A stretch of DNA of 64,000 bases from positions 16,926,001 to 16,990,000 of the forward strand of contig NC_082736.1 in NCBI RefSeq assembly GCF_030144855.1. Reading direction: 5' to 3'. The notes beneath the pieces are model-generated. The model searched no databases, was not told the DNA's origin, and was given only the letters and a program-made list of their open reading frames with translations. Source of the stretch: Hypanus sabinus (taxonomy: Eukaryota). Below, piece after piece: positions 62,761-64,000 of this stretch (its first letter is position 1; every line of letters begins with the position of its first letter). The position numbers and the translations under genes are program-made.

Positions 62761-64000
62761 GTCAGTATTTGTCAGACTGTAAAGTTAATACCTAATGCTC
62801 TGGAGACCTGACACATAACCTCTTTAAATTTCTGCTGAAATCTCTTAAAACTTAACAATGATAATCTGCAACAATGAACCACTTCCAAGATGGTAATTCT
62901 GACATTCCAGTAAAACACAGAGATAGCTGGAAACAGCTGTCAGGCAGGGCCCGAGGACAGAGAAACAGAGTTAACGTTTCAGGCCGAAGCCCCTTCATCA
63001 GATACATTCTGTTCACATTCCAAATTCTGTCTGGAGCTGCAAATGGACTTTTGTGAATGATGCACCAGGTCTCCAAGTTCCCTCTGCACCACCAGACACC
63101 GTTGCCTTTGAACAATTAGAAAATGTTCTGTATTAAATATTTTCTCCTGTGAAAATGTACAAGTTCACACCCTCCCTCCCCCACAATATCCCAGCTGCCA
63201 GACCTGTGTCTGATCACGTCACCTTTTGTAGTCTACAAAAGGACTCGCACCACTCTTCACAACTCAGTTCCCATCTTCATTTGTCATCAGCAAGTTCAGA
63301 AATCATGGTCAGCTCACAAATTCCCAACCCCCTGTGATGGAGTGGCTTATCAAACCTGTCCTGCACATCTCAGATCAGTGTGTTCCTGTGTCCCTTTATC
63401 CACAGTTGGTGTGACTGCTCCGACCACGCGATTGTACTTGTTAAATGTGGAATCACCTTCACCACACACTATTGATTTTGCCTGATGGTTTGAAGTTTTG
63501 TAGGTTTGCAATGATTTCCTGCTTTGTTACAGATCCAAATGTTTTCCTGGTACAGGTGGTGATCTGACAGGTCTGGAGTTTCCAGTTTTCTGCTTTTGCT
63601 TCTGACCACAGAATCTGCAGCATTTATTGTAATTTTTATTTATTTTCTATTTACTTATTTTTCTCCTATTTTGAGTGAAGGAGTTACTCAATATGGTCTC
63701 CCTACCGACACAGACTAGTTTATTGGTCCTGACCATCCTCACCTATGTCTGCCGACACAGACAAAGTTTATTGATATGGTTCATATGGTCTTCAGTCAGG
63801 CCGTTTAGTAAACTGGATCCAGAATTGTCTTTGCAATAGGAGACAGAGTGATGGCAGAGAGCGGTTTTGTGATCAGATGCTGGTGACGTGCTGTTTCACT
63901 TGGATCTGTTCTGGGAACTTTGCTGTTTGTGATACGGCTGAGGGATTTGGGAGTGGATGTAGGAACTGTGAGCAGTAAGTTCACACTGAACGTGAGATGG

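Overview
Repeat-rich vertebrate DNA; the CR1/Penelope/Rex/V-SINE-like repeat content suggests a cartilaginous fish such as a ray (inference). The window holds a dispersed, decaying replication-dependent histone cluster. H4 (21450-21761 +), H3.2 (22436-22846 +) and H2B (38707-39081 -) are intact, each with a TATA promoter, 3' stem-loop and U7 HDE. Damaged copies of H1, H3, H2A, H2B and H4, an orphan stem-loop and at least five gene-less histone promoter copies are also present. Other content: a 5-kb non-autonomous Gmr1-like SCAN-gag LTR element (two LTRs, ACAG TSD); many CR1, Rex/Babar, RTE, Nimb/I and Penelope-like fragments; a Tc1 end; a C2H2-ZNF pseudogene; two minisatellites; two old inverted segmental duplications; and a motif-dense CpG promoter at about 59 kb with no visible coding gene. 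Most notable: about 15 Penelope-borne minimal hammerhead ribozyme motifs (two near-intact, both near histone promoters), and two histone promoters fused in sense to retroelement ORF fragments where the histone gene should be. I see no convincing wholly new system. Repeat boundaries and family calls are by eye and approximate.
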